The notes under the pieces were generated by a model. The model saw only the letters and a list, made by a program, of their open reading frames with translations, was not told the origin of the DNA and did not search any database. From Octopus sinensis (taxonomy: Eukaryota), in NCBI RefSeq assembly GCF_006345805.1, contig NC_043005.1, positions 16,554,001-16,618,000 of the forward strand: a stretch of DNA of 64,000 bases. Reading direction: 5' to 3'. Positions 12,863 to 25,025 of the stretch are shown piece after piece. The translations under genes were made by a program, and so were the position numbers. How positions within the stretch are numbered: position 1 is the first letter of the stretch; each line of letters opens with the position of its first letter.

Positions 12863-13440
12863 AATTTCTTTATTAACCATGAGGTTGAGAAAAAGAGGGG
12901 ACGATACGAGGACAGACAAAACAAACATTGGGGTCAGGGTATGGAATGAGATGAAACGTATGAATAAACAATTAAAATATATACAATTAAATGAGAATGA
13001 GGGATTTACAAAAAATGAAGTAGAGTACATGGTCGACCCCACAAACCACATACTCACACTGAAGACTTTGCTTTCTCCTTTTTTACATACTTGATTAAAC
13101 AGGTTCTTTCACTCGCAACATACTTGCTATAGACTTCCATCTTTTACGAAACACACTTTGTGACAGGCATTTCTTCTCCAGCTTTATTTTCTGTTTCATG
13201 TGGAAAACGAAAAATTCGATTAGCTTGAGACTGGAGATGAACATGCCTCTTGCAATTCCTTTCACTTTCGGTCTTCCATACTACTTCTTTCGCAACAGCA
13301 ACCACCAAGAGAAAACAGGCTCGCTCCTCCCTATTCAGGGAGGTCGTATGTTCAGTCAGCTGCTTCCAGGCGAGTTCATGTCCAAACAAGTAGAAGCAGG
13401 TTATGCGTTATGAAAACGCAACCAGGGGTATATACGGGTT
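12863..13440 (-). pseudogene. Tx1/L1-clade LINE 3' end: ORF2 C-terminus (frameshifted, stop at 13095-13097) and 3' UTR
   Basis: Minus translation FLLVVAVAKEVVWKT/KGIARGMFISSLKLIEFFVFHMKQKIKLEKKCLSQSVFRKRW resembles the LAK..IWK.R motif of L1/Tx1 ORF2; the UTR ends AATAAAGAAATT. Confidence 0.6.
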
Positions 13441-13545
13441 TTAAATAAAATTCATCTAACCCAAGGTAGCATGGAAAAAGAGAATGCAAAAAACAAAAAA
13501 ACATGGCAGTGATGGAGGTGGTAGTGGGGATGGTGGTTAGCACGC

Positions 13546-15026
13546 CGGGCGAAATGCGTAGCCGAATTTCATCTGCTGCTACGTCCTGAGTTCAAATTCC
13601 GCCGAGGTCGACTTTGCCTTTCATCCTTTCAGGGTTAATAGATTAAGTACCAGTTACGCACTGGGGTCGATGTAATTGACTTAATCCGTTTGTCTGTCCT
13701 TGTTTGTCCCCTCTGTGTTTAGCCCCTTGTGGGTAGTAAAGAAAGAGGTATTTTGTCTGCCGCTACGTTCTGAGTTCAAATTCCGCCGAGGTCGACTTTG
13801 CCTTCATCCTTTCAGGGTTAATAGATAAGTACCAGTTACGCACTGGGGTCGATGTAATTGACTTAATCCGTTTGTCTGTCCTTGTTTGTCCCCTCTGTGT
13901 TTAGCCCCTTGTGGGTATAAAGAAAGAGGTATTTTGTCTGCCGCTACGTTCTGAGTTCAAATTCTGCCGAGGTCGACTTTGCCTTCATCCTTTCAGGGTT
14001 AATAGATTAAGTACCAGTTACGCACTGGGGTCGATGTAATTGACTTAATCCGTTTGTCTGTCTTGTTTGTCCCCTCTGTGTTTAGCCCCTTGGGGTAGTA
14101 AAGAAAGAGGTATTTTGTCTGCCGCCGCTCGATACGTTCTGAGTTCAAATTCTGCCGAGGTCGACTTGCCTTTCATCCTTTCAGGGTTAATAGATTAAGT
14201 ACCAGTTACGCACTGGGGTCGATGTAATTGACTTAATCCGTTTGTCTGTCCTTGTTTGTCCCCTCTGTGTTTAGCCCCTTGTGGGTAGTAAAGAAAGAGG
14301 TATTTTGTCTGCCGCTACGTTCTGAGTTCAAATTCTGCCGAGGTCGACTTTGCCTTTCATCCTTTCAGGGTTAATAGATTAAGTACCAGTTACGCACTGG
14401 GGTCGATGTAATTGACTTAATCCGTTTGTCTGTCCTTGTTTGTCCCCTCTGTGTTTAGCCCCTTGTGGGTAGTAAAGAAAGAGGTATTTTGTCTGCCGCT
14501 ACGTTCTGAGTTCAAATTCTGCCGAGGTCGACTTTGCCTTTCATCCTTTCAGGGTTAATAGATTAAGTACCAGTTACGCACTGGGGTCGATGTAATTGAC
14601 TTAATCCGTTTGTCTGTCCTTTTTTGTCCCCTCTGTGTTTAGCCCCTTGTGGGTAGTAAAGAAAGAGGTATTTTGTCTGCCGCTACGTTCTGAGTTCAAA
14701 TTCTGCCGAGGTCGACTTTGCCTTTCATCCTTTCAGGGTCAATAGATTAAGTACCAGTACGCACTGGGGTCGATGTAATTGACTTAATCCGTTTGTCTGT
14801 CCTTTTTTGTCCCCTCTGTGTTTAGCCCCTTGTGGGTAGTAAAGAAAGAGGTATTTTGTCTGCCGCTACGTTCTGAGTTCAAATTCTGCCGAGGTCGACT
14901 TTGCCTTTCATCCTTTCAGGGTCAATAGATTAAGTACCAGTTACGCACTGGGGTCGATGTAATCCGTTTGTCTGTCCTTGTTTGTCCCCTCTGTGTTTAG
15001 CCCCTTGTGGGTAGTAAAGAAAGAGG
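13546..15026 (+). repeat. Tandem array of 8 SINE family B units (~181-190 bp)
   Basis: Unit starts at ~13562, 13747, 13928, 14109, 14299, 14483, 14667, 14850; each has B box GAGTTCAAATTC and tail GTAAAGAAAGA. Confidence 0.95.
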
Positions 15027-15744
15027 TGGTGGTGGTGATGTGATACATAAGTGTGTGTATGTGTATGTATGTATGTGGACTCCACTTTATCCCCATAGCT
15101 ACAAAGACAACCACCGCCGCCACCATATATGACCTATCTTTTATATATATATATATATAGCTTTTTCTCTTCCCACTTCCTCATTTCAGTTTCAAGCTGT
15201 TCATTCTGTAAATATATGTCACAACACTGAGACAGATATTACAATAACATGTTCCATACACATAGATTATTAAAATATTTATTAAAAAATAATATGCTAA
15301 AGCACGCACACACACACACACACACACAGACACACACACAACACGCATATTCACAGAGACAGGAAATAAAAGCTACCTGGTTAGTGTAAACAAAAAAAAA
15401 AAAAAAAACAGTGGCAATACAGATCTTACAAGACTTGCAATATGGGAAATTTTATTTTCTCAAAAGACCAGGTCCTCACATTCATTCTCTTGTGTTTACT
15501 CACATTCTTGTCAAATAAATATGGCTAGCTTCCACTCCTATACCACTAGGCTTTGCCCTAATCACTGTTTGTAAACTCGCGTGTAAAAATAGTCCTCATA
15601 ACCCACTGCCAGATTTTTGTTCTTTGATATATAGCTGTTTAGCCCCAGGTCAAACATGATCCAGTTGACCTATAAATGAAATATTTCAGCAGTTACTTTA
15701 AAGGTATGTCAGACAATACCATTTCATGCCTTTTGGCAGACACA

Positions 15745-15955
15745 TTAGCACGCCGGGCGAAATGCTTAGCGGTATTTTGTCTGTCGTTACGTTCTGAGTT
15801 CAAATTCCGCCGAGGTTGACTTTGCCTTTCATCCTTTCGGGGTCGATAAATTAAGTGCCAGTTTCACACTGGGGTCGATGTAATCGACTGAATCCCTTTG
15901 TCTGTCCTTGTTTGTCCCCTCTATGTTTAACCTCTTGTGGGCAATAAAGAAATAT
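15745..15955 (+). mobile_element. SINE family B monomer
   Basis: TTAGCACGCCGGGCGAAATGC...GTTCAAATTCC...CTTTCATCCTTTCGGGGTCGATAAATTAAGT (Nin/Inv-like central box, by inference)...AATAAAGAAATA. Confidence 0.9.
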
Positions 15956-16764
15956 ATTTACTTGATGATTGTGATTTGGAAGTTGCCTGTCATTTCTAGC
16001 ACATCTACTAACCACATAAATGTTCCTAGAGTTAATTGACGAAATGACTCATGATGAGTCTCTTCTTTTCAGTTTTCATTGTTCTCAGGTCAATGAAATA
16101 ATGCAATTGTCAGGTTCTGAGATCAATTTAATCAGCTGTTCTTTCCTTTGAATCAGTAGTATTATGTCTTTCTTAGAAACCACACTTTACCATTATCCTT
16201 TCTGTCTGTCCCATTCTCCTTCCCTTCAGATGAACTAAACTAAGTATACAAAACTTAATTGCATGCACAGATGACCCAGAAAATTAGCATTGTATTTTAA
16301 AGAATATCAACTAAATTGGCCTCAAAGGAACAGAAAATTTATGGGCAAAACCATGGGTGAAAGCTATTGGCAAAAGTTCTTCTCCAAAATAATTCTTTAA
16401 AAAAAGTTAAAAAATTAAAAATAATCATAATGTATTATACAGATTATCAGGTGTGTGTATATTGTGGTTGTTTAACTACAGATAAGCACTGATTCTTTAG
16501 ATCTTATGCTCAAAGAAGCTCCAGCTGTTACTATTCTGGCTTTTATTTAAGTAAGATAAGACTGCAAAATGTGATTTGAAGGAAGTTTGACTACTATTTC
16601 TAGCAGATCTGGACTGCCATAAAGAGGCACCCTCATATGTATGCATTCAAAAACAAAAGATGAAGGAGAAAGAGTAGAAGGAGGAGAGTAGAGTAGAAAG
16701 ACATAGAGACAGATAGTGAGAAAAAAAAAACCCTCCCTCTCATTATTTCCTTTTGTTTTATCTC

Positions 16765-16810
16765 TTGGTCACGTGACCAAATGGCTACTCCTGCTATTTG
16801 GTCATGTGAT
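16765..16810. promoter_or_regulatory. Candidate bHLH-ZIP (MiT/TFE or USF) element: CLEAR-type palindrome plus M-box
   Basis: 16-bp perfect palindrome TTGGTCACGTGACCAA at 16765-16780 and TTTGGTCATGTGAT at 16797-16810, in non-SINE sequence. Confidence 0.35.
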
Positions 16811-17089
16811 GATAATATATCATCTGCTCAGTGAATCTATCACCATACTCTCTTTCTCTCTCTCTCTCTCCACTCTGTCTTTCTTTGTGTTTGAAAGCTT
16901 TAGAATGTCTATAGTTCTAATTTCAGTTATGACATTTGTTAAATAATGAAAACTATAACTAACTACTGACAAAGAAAAATGAAGGATAGCGTCAGTTGAT
17001 TGTTGAGAGTAACATATATTAAGTGACCCCTTAAAATATCTAGTATATTATTATGTTTATGCAAGAGCAAAAGTTCAGAAAGAAAACAA

Positions 17090-17103
17090 GAGCAAGGGAT
17101 AAG

Positions 17104-17138
<35 letters not shown>

Positions 17139-17637
17139 AGTATGTAATAAGTAACCTAAAAGAGAAACATAATTATAGATTTGAGAGAGAGAGAGAGAAA
17201 GAAAGAAAGAGATGAACAAGGTATGGTAGAAGAAAGGCAAAAGAAATCAATGAGAGAGAGGGGGTTGCAAGAGTAAGGGAGAAAAATAGATTGGGCAGGG
17301 GAGCAGCAAATCTTGGCTAAATGAAAAGAGCAGCCAACATTATCAAATTAATCACGTGAGCAGCTGACATTATCAATGTGACTGACAGAAAAGTGAAGAA
17401 GGTATAATGATCAAAGAGAAGAGAGAAAGGAAGAAGAAATAGATAGAGAGATAGAGAGGAGGAGAGAGAGAGAAAGAGAGGAAGAGGGAGAGAAAGAGAA
17501 AGGAAGGAAGAACAAGAATGAAGTGAAAGAGAAATAGAGAAACAAAGGGAGAGGGAATAGTGAAAGAGAGAAAGAGAGAGAAAGGAAGGAAAGAGAATGA
17601 AAAAGAAACTGAAAAAAACAAGACGAGAAAGAGTTAA

Positions 17638-17684
<47 letters not shown>

Positions 17685-17690
17685 TAGTGT
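17090..17690 (+). repeat. Polypurine (GA/GAA/GGA) low-complexity tract
   Basis: Direct reading; 17406-17690 is almost entirely purine. Confidence 0.9.
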
Positions 17691-18930
17691 GAAAGTTTAA
17701 AGGTCTCTCAAAAAAAAAAAAAAATTGGAAAACCAAAATTTCTTGAGGAGCCTGAAGAAACTTTAAGGTCTAATGATTAGCTTTTATGGATTTCCAGCAT
17801 TAAAGAGATGAGATATACATCTGCCCCACACTTCCCCTCCATTCAGATTCACCCCACCTTACATACGTTTTATTAATTTACTAGTTGGAGAACAAGGAGG
17901 AGGGGAAGATGGTAACCCTGACCTTTTACAGACCTTCATAGACTGGTATGGTCAAAGTAGCTAATGCTGGTGGTGGTGGTGGTGGTGGTGGAGGAGAAAG
18001 GTCTGTAGTTGGTGAGTGGAAGGGAATTGCAGAGAGCTGAGGTTGTCAGGTGGTGGTGGTGGTGGTGGTGGTGGTGATGGAGGTCTTGAGGGCAAAACTT
18101 GACAGGAAGATGAGAGGAAGAAAGTTGAAAGAATTATGCGAATTCCAAAGGTCTTCTTTGATGGACGATTGACGGGTGAGATGCAGAACATTGAGAGGAA
18201 GAAAGATGGAGAAATCAGGTGTGTTTAATAGAATCAGGTGGGTTTGGATAAAAATCTGGTGTGCTTGGATGAATCTGTTGTACACAGCTGGTGAAATCAA
18301 AAAAGTAACAGCTGTAGGCAGCGCAATAAAAGAGAAACAGAACGAAGATCACAGCATGGCAAAACCAGAGGTGACAACATGGTGGGAAATGAAAGAATGT
18401 ATTTGCCATTTGGCAGAAGGACCCACTTTCAGACCTGGTCATGTGTGTGTGTGTGGTGTAGCAGCTCCTTTGTTCTAGATCCATGAACAGAACTCATACC
18501 ATGGTTGTGCTTTATAGAGTTGTAAACTTCTTTCAGTTTCCGTGTACCACCAAATACATTGACAATGCTTCGTTTGGCTTAAGGTTATAGTAGATGACAT
18601 TTGCTCAAGGTGTCATGCAGTAAGACTGAACCCAGGACCATGTGGTTAGGCAGAAAAACATGTATGTAAAATATATGTATATAAAAGTAATAATAATGAA
18701 GTGAAATAGAACCAGTGCATGTGTTTACTATTGGCACAACAACCCTCCCAAAATCTGTTTCAACACACTGGTTCATATCAAGAACCTTGCAAACCAAATG
18801 CAAAATGTGTGTATGGTGTAGCAGCCCCTTTGATCTAGATCCATAGACAGAACTAAACCGATGCTTGTACTTTATAGAGTTGTAAGCAAAATGTTCGTAG
18901 CTGGAGTAATTTCTGGCCCTGTCTTTTATC

Positions 18931-19224
18931 CATTTCAGTCATTAGACTGCTGCCATGCTGGAGCAACACCTTGAAGAATTTTAGTCAAACAAATTGATCC
19001 CAGTACTCATGTTTTTAAGAGTGGTACTTCCATTGATCTATTCTGCTAAACTAAGTTATGACAGGCTTCTTTCAGTTTCCATGTGCCACCAAATATACTC
19101 ACAATGCTTTGGTTGGCCTAAGGTTATAGCAGATGAGATTTGCCTAAGGTGTCGTGCAGTGGAACTGAACCCAGAACCATGTGGTTAGGCAGAAAACTTC
19201 ATACCACACAGCCATTCCTGCACC
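18931..19224 (-). mobile_element. SINE family A, diverged and internally deleted
   Basis: Homology to the family A tail and head. Confidence 0.75.
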
Positions 19225-19643
19225 TATAACATGTATATAAAATATATGTATATAAAGAAGTAAAGGTAATATATATCTCAGGGCAATAACCAACAACTAC
19301 AGAGGTTAACAATGGTGAGATGCCCCACCTATAGCATACAATGACTACAATACCCACCTACACTAAATAAAGGCTACAATAAAAGGCTCCACCCACAGTT
19401 AACAAAGACAAAGATGTTATGCCTACAATTTACAAAGGTTAGATGGGCCCCCACCCACAACTAGCAAAGATTACAGACGACATGGACAAAGATATAAATG
19501 ACTAAGATGCCCTATACACAGCTAACAAAAAATATTGGGCCCCACCTACTGCTAACAATGTTAATCAATGGTTCTCTCTTTAGAAAATTCCTGGACTTGT
19601 CCTGTTAATCAACTGAAGCTTCTCATTATTATTCTGCAACTAA

Positions 19644-20036
19644 GGCAGTGAGCTGGCAGAAACGTTAGGACGCCAAGCGAAATGCTTAGCGGTATTTCGT
19701 CTGCTGCTACGTTCTGAGTTCAAATTCCGCCGAGGTCGACTTTGCCTTTCATCCTTTCAGGGTTGATAAATTAAGTACCAGTTAATCACTGGGGTCGATG
19801 TAATTGACTTTTGTCTGTCCTTGTTTGTCCCCTCTATGTTTAGCCCCTTGTGGGCAATAAAGAAATAAGACACGTTAGCACACCAGGCGAAATGCTTCAC
19901 GGTATTTCATCTGCCGCTACATCCAGAGTTCAAATTCTGCCCTGGTCGGCTTTTCCTTTCATCCTTTCGGGGTTGATAAATTAAGTACCAGTTGCCCCCT
20001 CCCCAAAAATTCTGGGCCTTGTGCCTAGAGTAGAAA
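19644..20036 (+). mobile_element. SINE family B head-to-tail dimer
   Basis: Full unit 19644-19868, then restart at ACGTTAGCAC (19872). Confidence 0.85.
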
Positions 20037-20092
20037 AAACTATTATTCTTCAACTGAATGTTAAAAATACTTTAATCGAGGTCCTTATTGAA

Positions 20093-20294
20093 CCCTTTAG
20101 CATTCATAGTATTCTGTCAAAAGCAATGCTTATTTATTCAAAGCGTTTTGAATGAATCATGCATTTTGATGAAGTAACTGTCAATTTTTAGAATGACATT
20201 GTAGACTTGGCATGAGAGGCCAGATCTGGCCAGTTTAAACATAAAACAAAGGAGAATATTTTGGCTGGATATGGTCAGTTTAAACAGTAAAGGG
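20093..20294. mobile_element. piggyBac-like MITE, subfamily 1
   Basis: CCCTTTAG...TAAAGGG|TTAA. Confidence 0.7.
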
Positions 20295-20485
20295 TTAAAT
20301 AAGAATACTTGAATGTCCTTTCTGCTATAGACACAAGGCCTGAAATTTTGGGGGAGGGCCTAGTTGATTACATTGACCCCAGTGCTCAACCAGTACTTAT
20401 TTCATTGACCCTGAAAGGATGAAAGACAAAGCCAACCTCAGCAGAACTTGAACTCAGAATGTAAAGACAAATGAAAAGGCATCAA

Positions 20486-20706
20486 CCCTTTCGTTACTGT
20501 ATTTATTTTAAGATGCTCTGTGTTTCTCTCAATTATTTTACATATAACAAAGAATTTAGTAAAACAACTTAGTTATCATTCAGCTAGTGTTAGGAACATA
20601 AATTGTGACTAAGGTTTGGTGGAAGATTTTAATTCAAAACTTATGAAAACAAGACATTTGTACTATAGAGCCAGAGCCGCTTTCAGCTGGGTTGGTAATG
20701 AAAAGG
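20486..20706. mobile_element. piggyBac-like MITE, subfamily 2
   Basis: Reverse complement of 57009-57229; TTAA on the right. Confidence 0.7.
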
Positions 20707-21184
20707 TTAAGCTATGAACACTTTAATAACAACGAACTCAGTATATCAGACAAAAAGCCTTGTGATATTTAGTTACTGCTCTTTACATTTTGAGTTCAAA
20801 TCCCACCAAAGTCGCCTTTCTATTTAATTTTCCTATAAGAGTACCTGTTAATGTATTGGGATAATTATAATCACCTATACGTATTCCTCAATTTGGACCT
20901 TTGTGGCTATATAAGAAAGCATTACTGCTGCTGCTACTACTACTACTACAAAGTGGGTACAGAGAAGAAAAGCATAGAAGAACCATCATCGTTTTAACAT
21001 ACACTTTTCCATGCTTGCATGAATGGGATGGAATTTGTTACAGATCTTCTGCAGTCAGATTCCCTTGTTCCCATTTAAGGTAATATTCCTCCTTGGCTGG
21101 ACATGGTAGACCAAAATGAATGACACCATTGTACGATGTTGACACTCACTCACAACCATCATGTGATGTCAGGACACATACACA

Positions 21185-21217
<33 letters not shown>

Positions 21218-22754
21218 TTCCAACTTAGCAAGGTATTGTTTTCAGTTGCATTTGTTTGTTTGTCCATGGACAGGATATCTCAAGAACCACTGGGTAGGTT
21301 TGGATGAAACTTTCAGGATTTTTTTGGGGTCGATCCAGTACCAGACAAGGATTCTGGATTATTTTTCCTGTTTTTTACTAAATCCAAACCAACAGAGAAC
21401 CAGTTGCGTGCAATCTATGAATTTGTGCCTGACATTGCTTTATAGTCAGTGCTGGTTTGTTTCTGTCCCTATAACTTTAGTGGTTTGGCAAAAGAGATCA
21501 ATACACTAGCGCGGCTAGAGTGTATGCTGCTTGGGGTGGCCCTTCCATTCATCCCCATTCCCCGCAAAAGACACATATTAACTACAACAGACCCAAAAGT
21601 GGTGGCACCCAGGAAGTCCGCACCCCCCTACTGCCACACACCCCTGCACCCACCTAGCTATGCTAGTGGATCGATTAGAATAAGTATCAAATTAACAAAG
21701 TACAGGGGTTGATTTGTTCAATTACGCGCCTTCACTAGTCAGTTAAGGTGAGACAGTGTCACATGACAACTTGCTGGGGCTGCCTGCTGGAGCCTATGTG
21801 ACAGGTATTTAAAGGGAAAAATTTGACAAGACAGTCAGTCACCGGCTGACACTCGCTGACAATACATCGAAGAGGCCAGGGAACAGAAGAAAGAAGACAT
21901 GCACCCAACACCAGAAGCTGAAGACACCTCCAAAAGGATGGGGGGCTCCACCACGTCAAAACGGTAGAGGAGTAGGGGCCAAAACCAGATGTGGTTCCTC
22001 CTGATGATGTCTTGAGCTAAATGGATCCTATAAAGGAGCTGTTGTGGTAGCAGACCACAAAACACGGTTGAAATTCCTTCCCTAGTTGGTGCACTAGCAT
22101 GGCCGCAGTCTCATGACTGAAACAAGTAGAAAAATAAAAATATAAAAAGGGCTGCTTCGTGGGTCTGGACCCCAAACCGTGAAGATACGAACTGACATTC
22201 TTAAACACACAACCAAGTTTTCCGTCTTCTCTTCAAGACTTATCAACATCGATATCTTAAAAAGCAAGGAAGGGACAAGCAGAAAGCATACAGGTGACCT
22301 TTACAGATACACCAGCACACTGCACCCACTCCACCCAGTGCCACCACTGTAGACGTGACTTTTATAGCAATAATGTCATGTTTATTCAACAGAGGTTTGT
22401 GATGATGATGATGCTTTTGGCGGTGGTGGTGGTGGTGGTGGTGGCAGCGGTGGTAGAAGAGGAGGAGAAAAGAACAACAGCAGCAAGAATAAAAAGTAAT
22501 GAAAGCAGGAGAAAGAATAAGGAAGAAGTATGCAGAGTTTATGAAAATTTCAAAAGACCACAGGAAAGAATATGGTTTACATATTTCTCTGATGTAAACC
22601 CCTTCGTCACTCACCCACCATCAAGAGTCACTACTGTCATAGCCCCCCCCACACACACACACATACTTCCCATACCACATTACAGGAGAGAGTCTCTCTA
22701 TACGGTCACTCAGCCTGCTAGAGATAGCAGCCAAAGCTTCGTCACTTGACTATT

Positions 22755-22985
22755 TATTTCTTTATTGCTTACAGGGGGCTGAACATAGAGGGGAAAAACA
22801 AGGACAGACAAAGGGATTAAGACGATTACATCGACCCCAGTGTGTAACTGGTACTTATTTAATCGACCCCAAACGGATGAAAGGCAAAGTCGACCTCGGC
22901 GGAATCTGAACTCAGAACATGGTGACGGGCAAAATACCGCTAAGCATTTCGCCCGGCGTGTTAATGATTCTGCCAGCACGCTGCC
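22755..22985 (-). mobile_element. SINE family B monomer
   Basis: Reverse complement of the family B consensus from head to tail. Confidence 0.9.
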
Positions 22986-24128
22986 CTTCCACACTTTATT
23001 ATTCCTACAATCTTAGAAAATGGACTCCAGCTACCCCTTAATTGTTTCTGACTCTGACTACACGTCTCCAACTCCACAGCCTTGACATACACACACACAT
23101 TACACAGCACTATATAAAGCAACACAGCACACATACCATACACCAGACCAAGCCTGCACATGGTCATTCAACCTGTTAAAAAAAAATCCACCAGATCTTT
23201 ATCAAACTCTACTGTCTTAGAAAAGGGCACACTGGCTGATGTTGTCATGGAAACACTAAACCTGAAAAAGGGACGAGATGGTCATATCTGGAATGTTTTT
23301 GATGACTTGGGACTAAAGAACACAACAATAACATGCACCACATCCATTTCAACCCCAGCATGTCTCTTTAAGAAGTAATTTCACCTTATTTTATGTGAAT
23401 GTACTCATTTCTATTGTAGCGGCAGCTAAGTCACACTTGGGGTTTATATTTTAGGCTTCAGCTAATCACCTGTACCTAAATCGCATGTTACTTTCCATAA
23501 ACGATGTTGGCAACTTCACCTGCAATTGCATTTATTACATACAAAAAGAAAAAACATGTGCCAATGAAATAATTCTAACCATTGCCATAATTATCAAAGC
23601 AATGTGGATTTATAATCAATGCCCAGGTAGAAAACATTAATGCTTTTAAATCACAAATGTTTGACTGGAAATATAAGCAATATCTAATGGGTATTAGGAT
23701 TACAACCAGTTGATAGAGAGCTGAGTATATACATTCCACAAATGTGGGAGTATACAAATTCATAGGACTGCATATCATAACAGGTATGTTTGTTTTGTAG
23801 CAGAATTGAGCCCTGCTTCAGCAATCATTTTTGCTTTCAGGTGTGATGTCATCAATGTATATTTGTTCATAACATCAATAATCCGCCGAAACTACACCTG
23901 ATTATATATACACTTTAGATGAGTTGTAGTGCACCTGAGCACTGTACACAATTATTATTATTATTATTATTATAATCAAATAAACCAAGTAGTGACATGA
24001 CAGAATAGTGACGTTATCAAGTAGTAAAATGACCAACTCACTCTACATTCACATGTGTTAGTGTGTGTATGTGTGTTAGTGTGTGTTTCAAATTTCAAGC
24101 CCAGAGCAAGACTCCAGTCGATAATACG

Positions 24129-24795
24129 GTTCTGTATTTTAGAGATGAGGAATTCTGAATGTTATTTACATTGGACGGATATGTGTCCTCATCTTGTTTG
24201 TTGTTACCACAACATTTCAGCTGGTTTACTCTCCAGCCTTCATCAGCTGTCTTGTAGAATTTTGAACCCAACTCTGGGTTCTCATTCCTAAGGGCATGTT
24301 TTTACTGTTGGCTTTTATGGGGTTTTTTTCCACCAGGAACCTTTCGAAGCGCCTCCCCCTATTGGGAGTTTTTTTTTTTCATTGTTATAATCTTTCGTTG
24401 TTAAACAGTTTTTACTCGGATTTTTTCAAAAACGGACAAAACCCTTTGTAACCTTTCGTCCTGTTTTGTCCCTTTATGTTTATTAATCATGTATGTCAGC
24501 CCTTGTGGCCAATAAAAAGAATTAATTATTATTATCATTATTATTTATTCAAGGTACTGCTTGGAATTGAACTTTCAATCTTGGGGTTAGTAGCCCACAT
24601 GCTTAACCATTACGCTATATGCCTGTGGGCAATTATAGAGTGAAGTTTAGGGCTTATAATCCTAATAAGAGTTGGGTTTAAAATTCTACCAGGACACCTG
24701 GTAGAATTTTGAACCCAAAATCAGCCGAAACGTTGTGGTAACAGGAAACAAGATGAGAACACTGTCCAATGTAAATAATGTAAATAATGTAAATA
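24129..24795. mobile_element. HHR-SINE locus: minus copy (24129-24625, interrupted at 24300-24530) plus inverted plus-strand tail (24668-24795)
   Basis: Head and tail homologous to 6297-6862; minus HHR core at 24207-24251. Confidence 0.7.
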
Positions 24796-25025
24796 TTATC
24801 CAGTGGATAAGTTGCAGGCAATGTTGTTGCATTCATTTGTTTTTAAATAAGAAAAAAAAAATGCACAAAGATTTGTCACTTTTGAAACCTTCAAATTATA
24901 ACATTGATTATTATGATGCTGACGATGTGTGTGACAATGAAGGAAAAATACAAGATCATTGATGAAGAGAAAGATAAGAATAATGTGATGATGATAATAA
25001 TGGAATTTCGTGTACTACTCATCTA

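Noticed and set aside
13546-15026. Possible CRISPR-like array
   Set aside because: Units are ~184-bp near-identical SINE copies with no unique spacers; eukaryotic context
17950-18480. Coding exon with poly-G/P/H/T runs
   Set aside because: All six frames are interrupted by stops, there is no recognisable domain, and the internal repeat periods (19, 21, 19) do not keep frame
22294-22749. 151-aa ORF with M/V/E runs
   Set aside because: Chained triplet microsatellites (GAT, GGT, GGA) typical of this genome; no homology recognised
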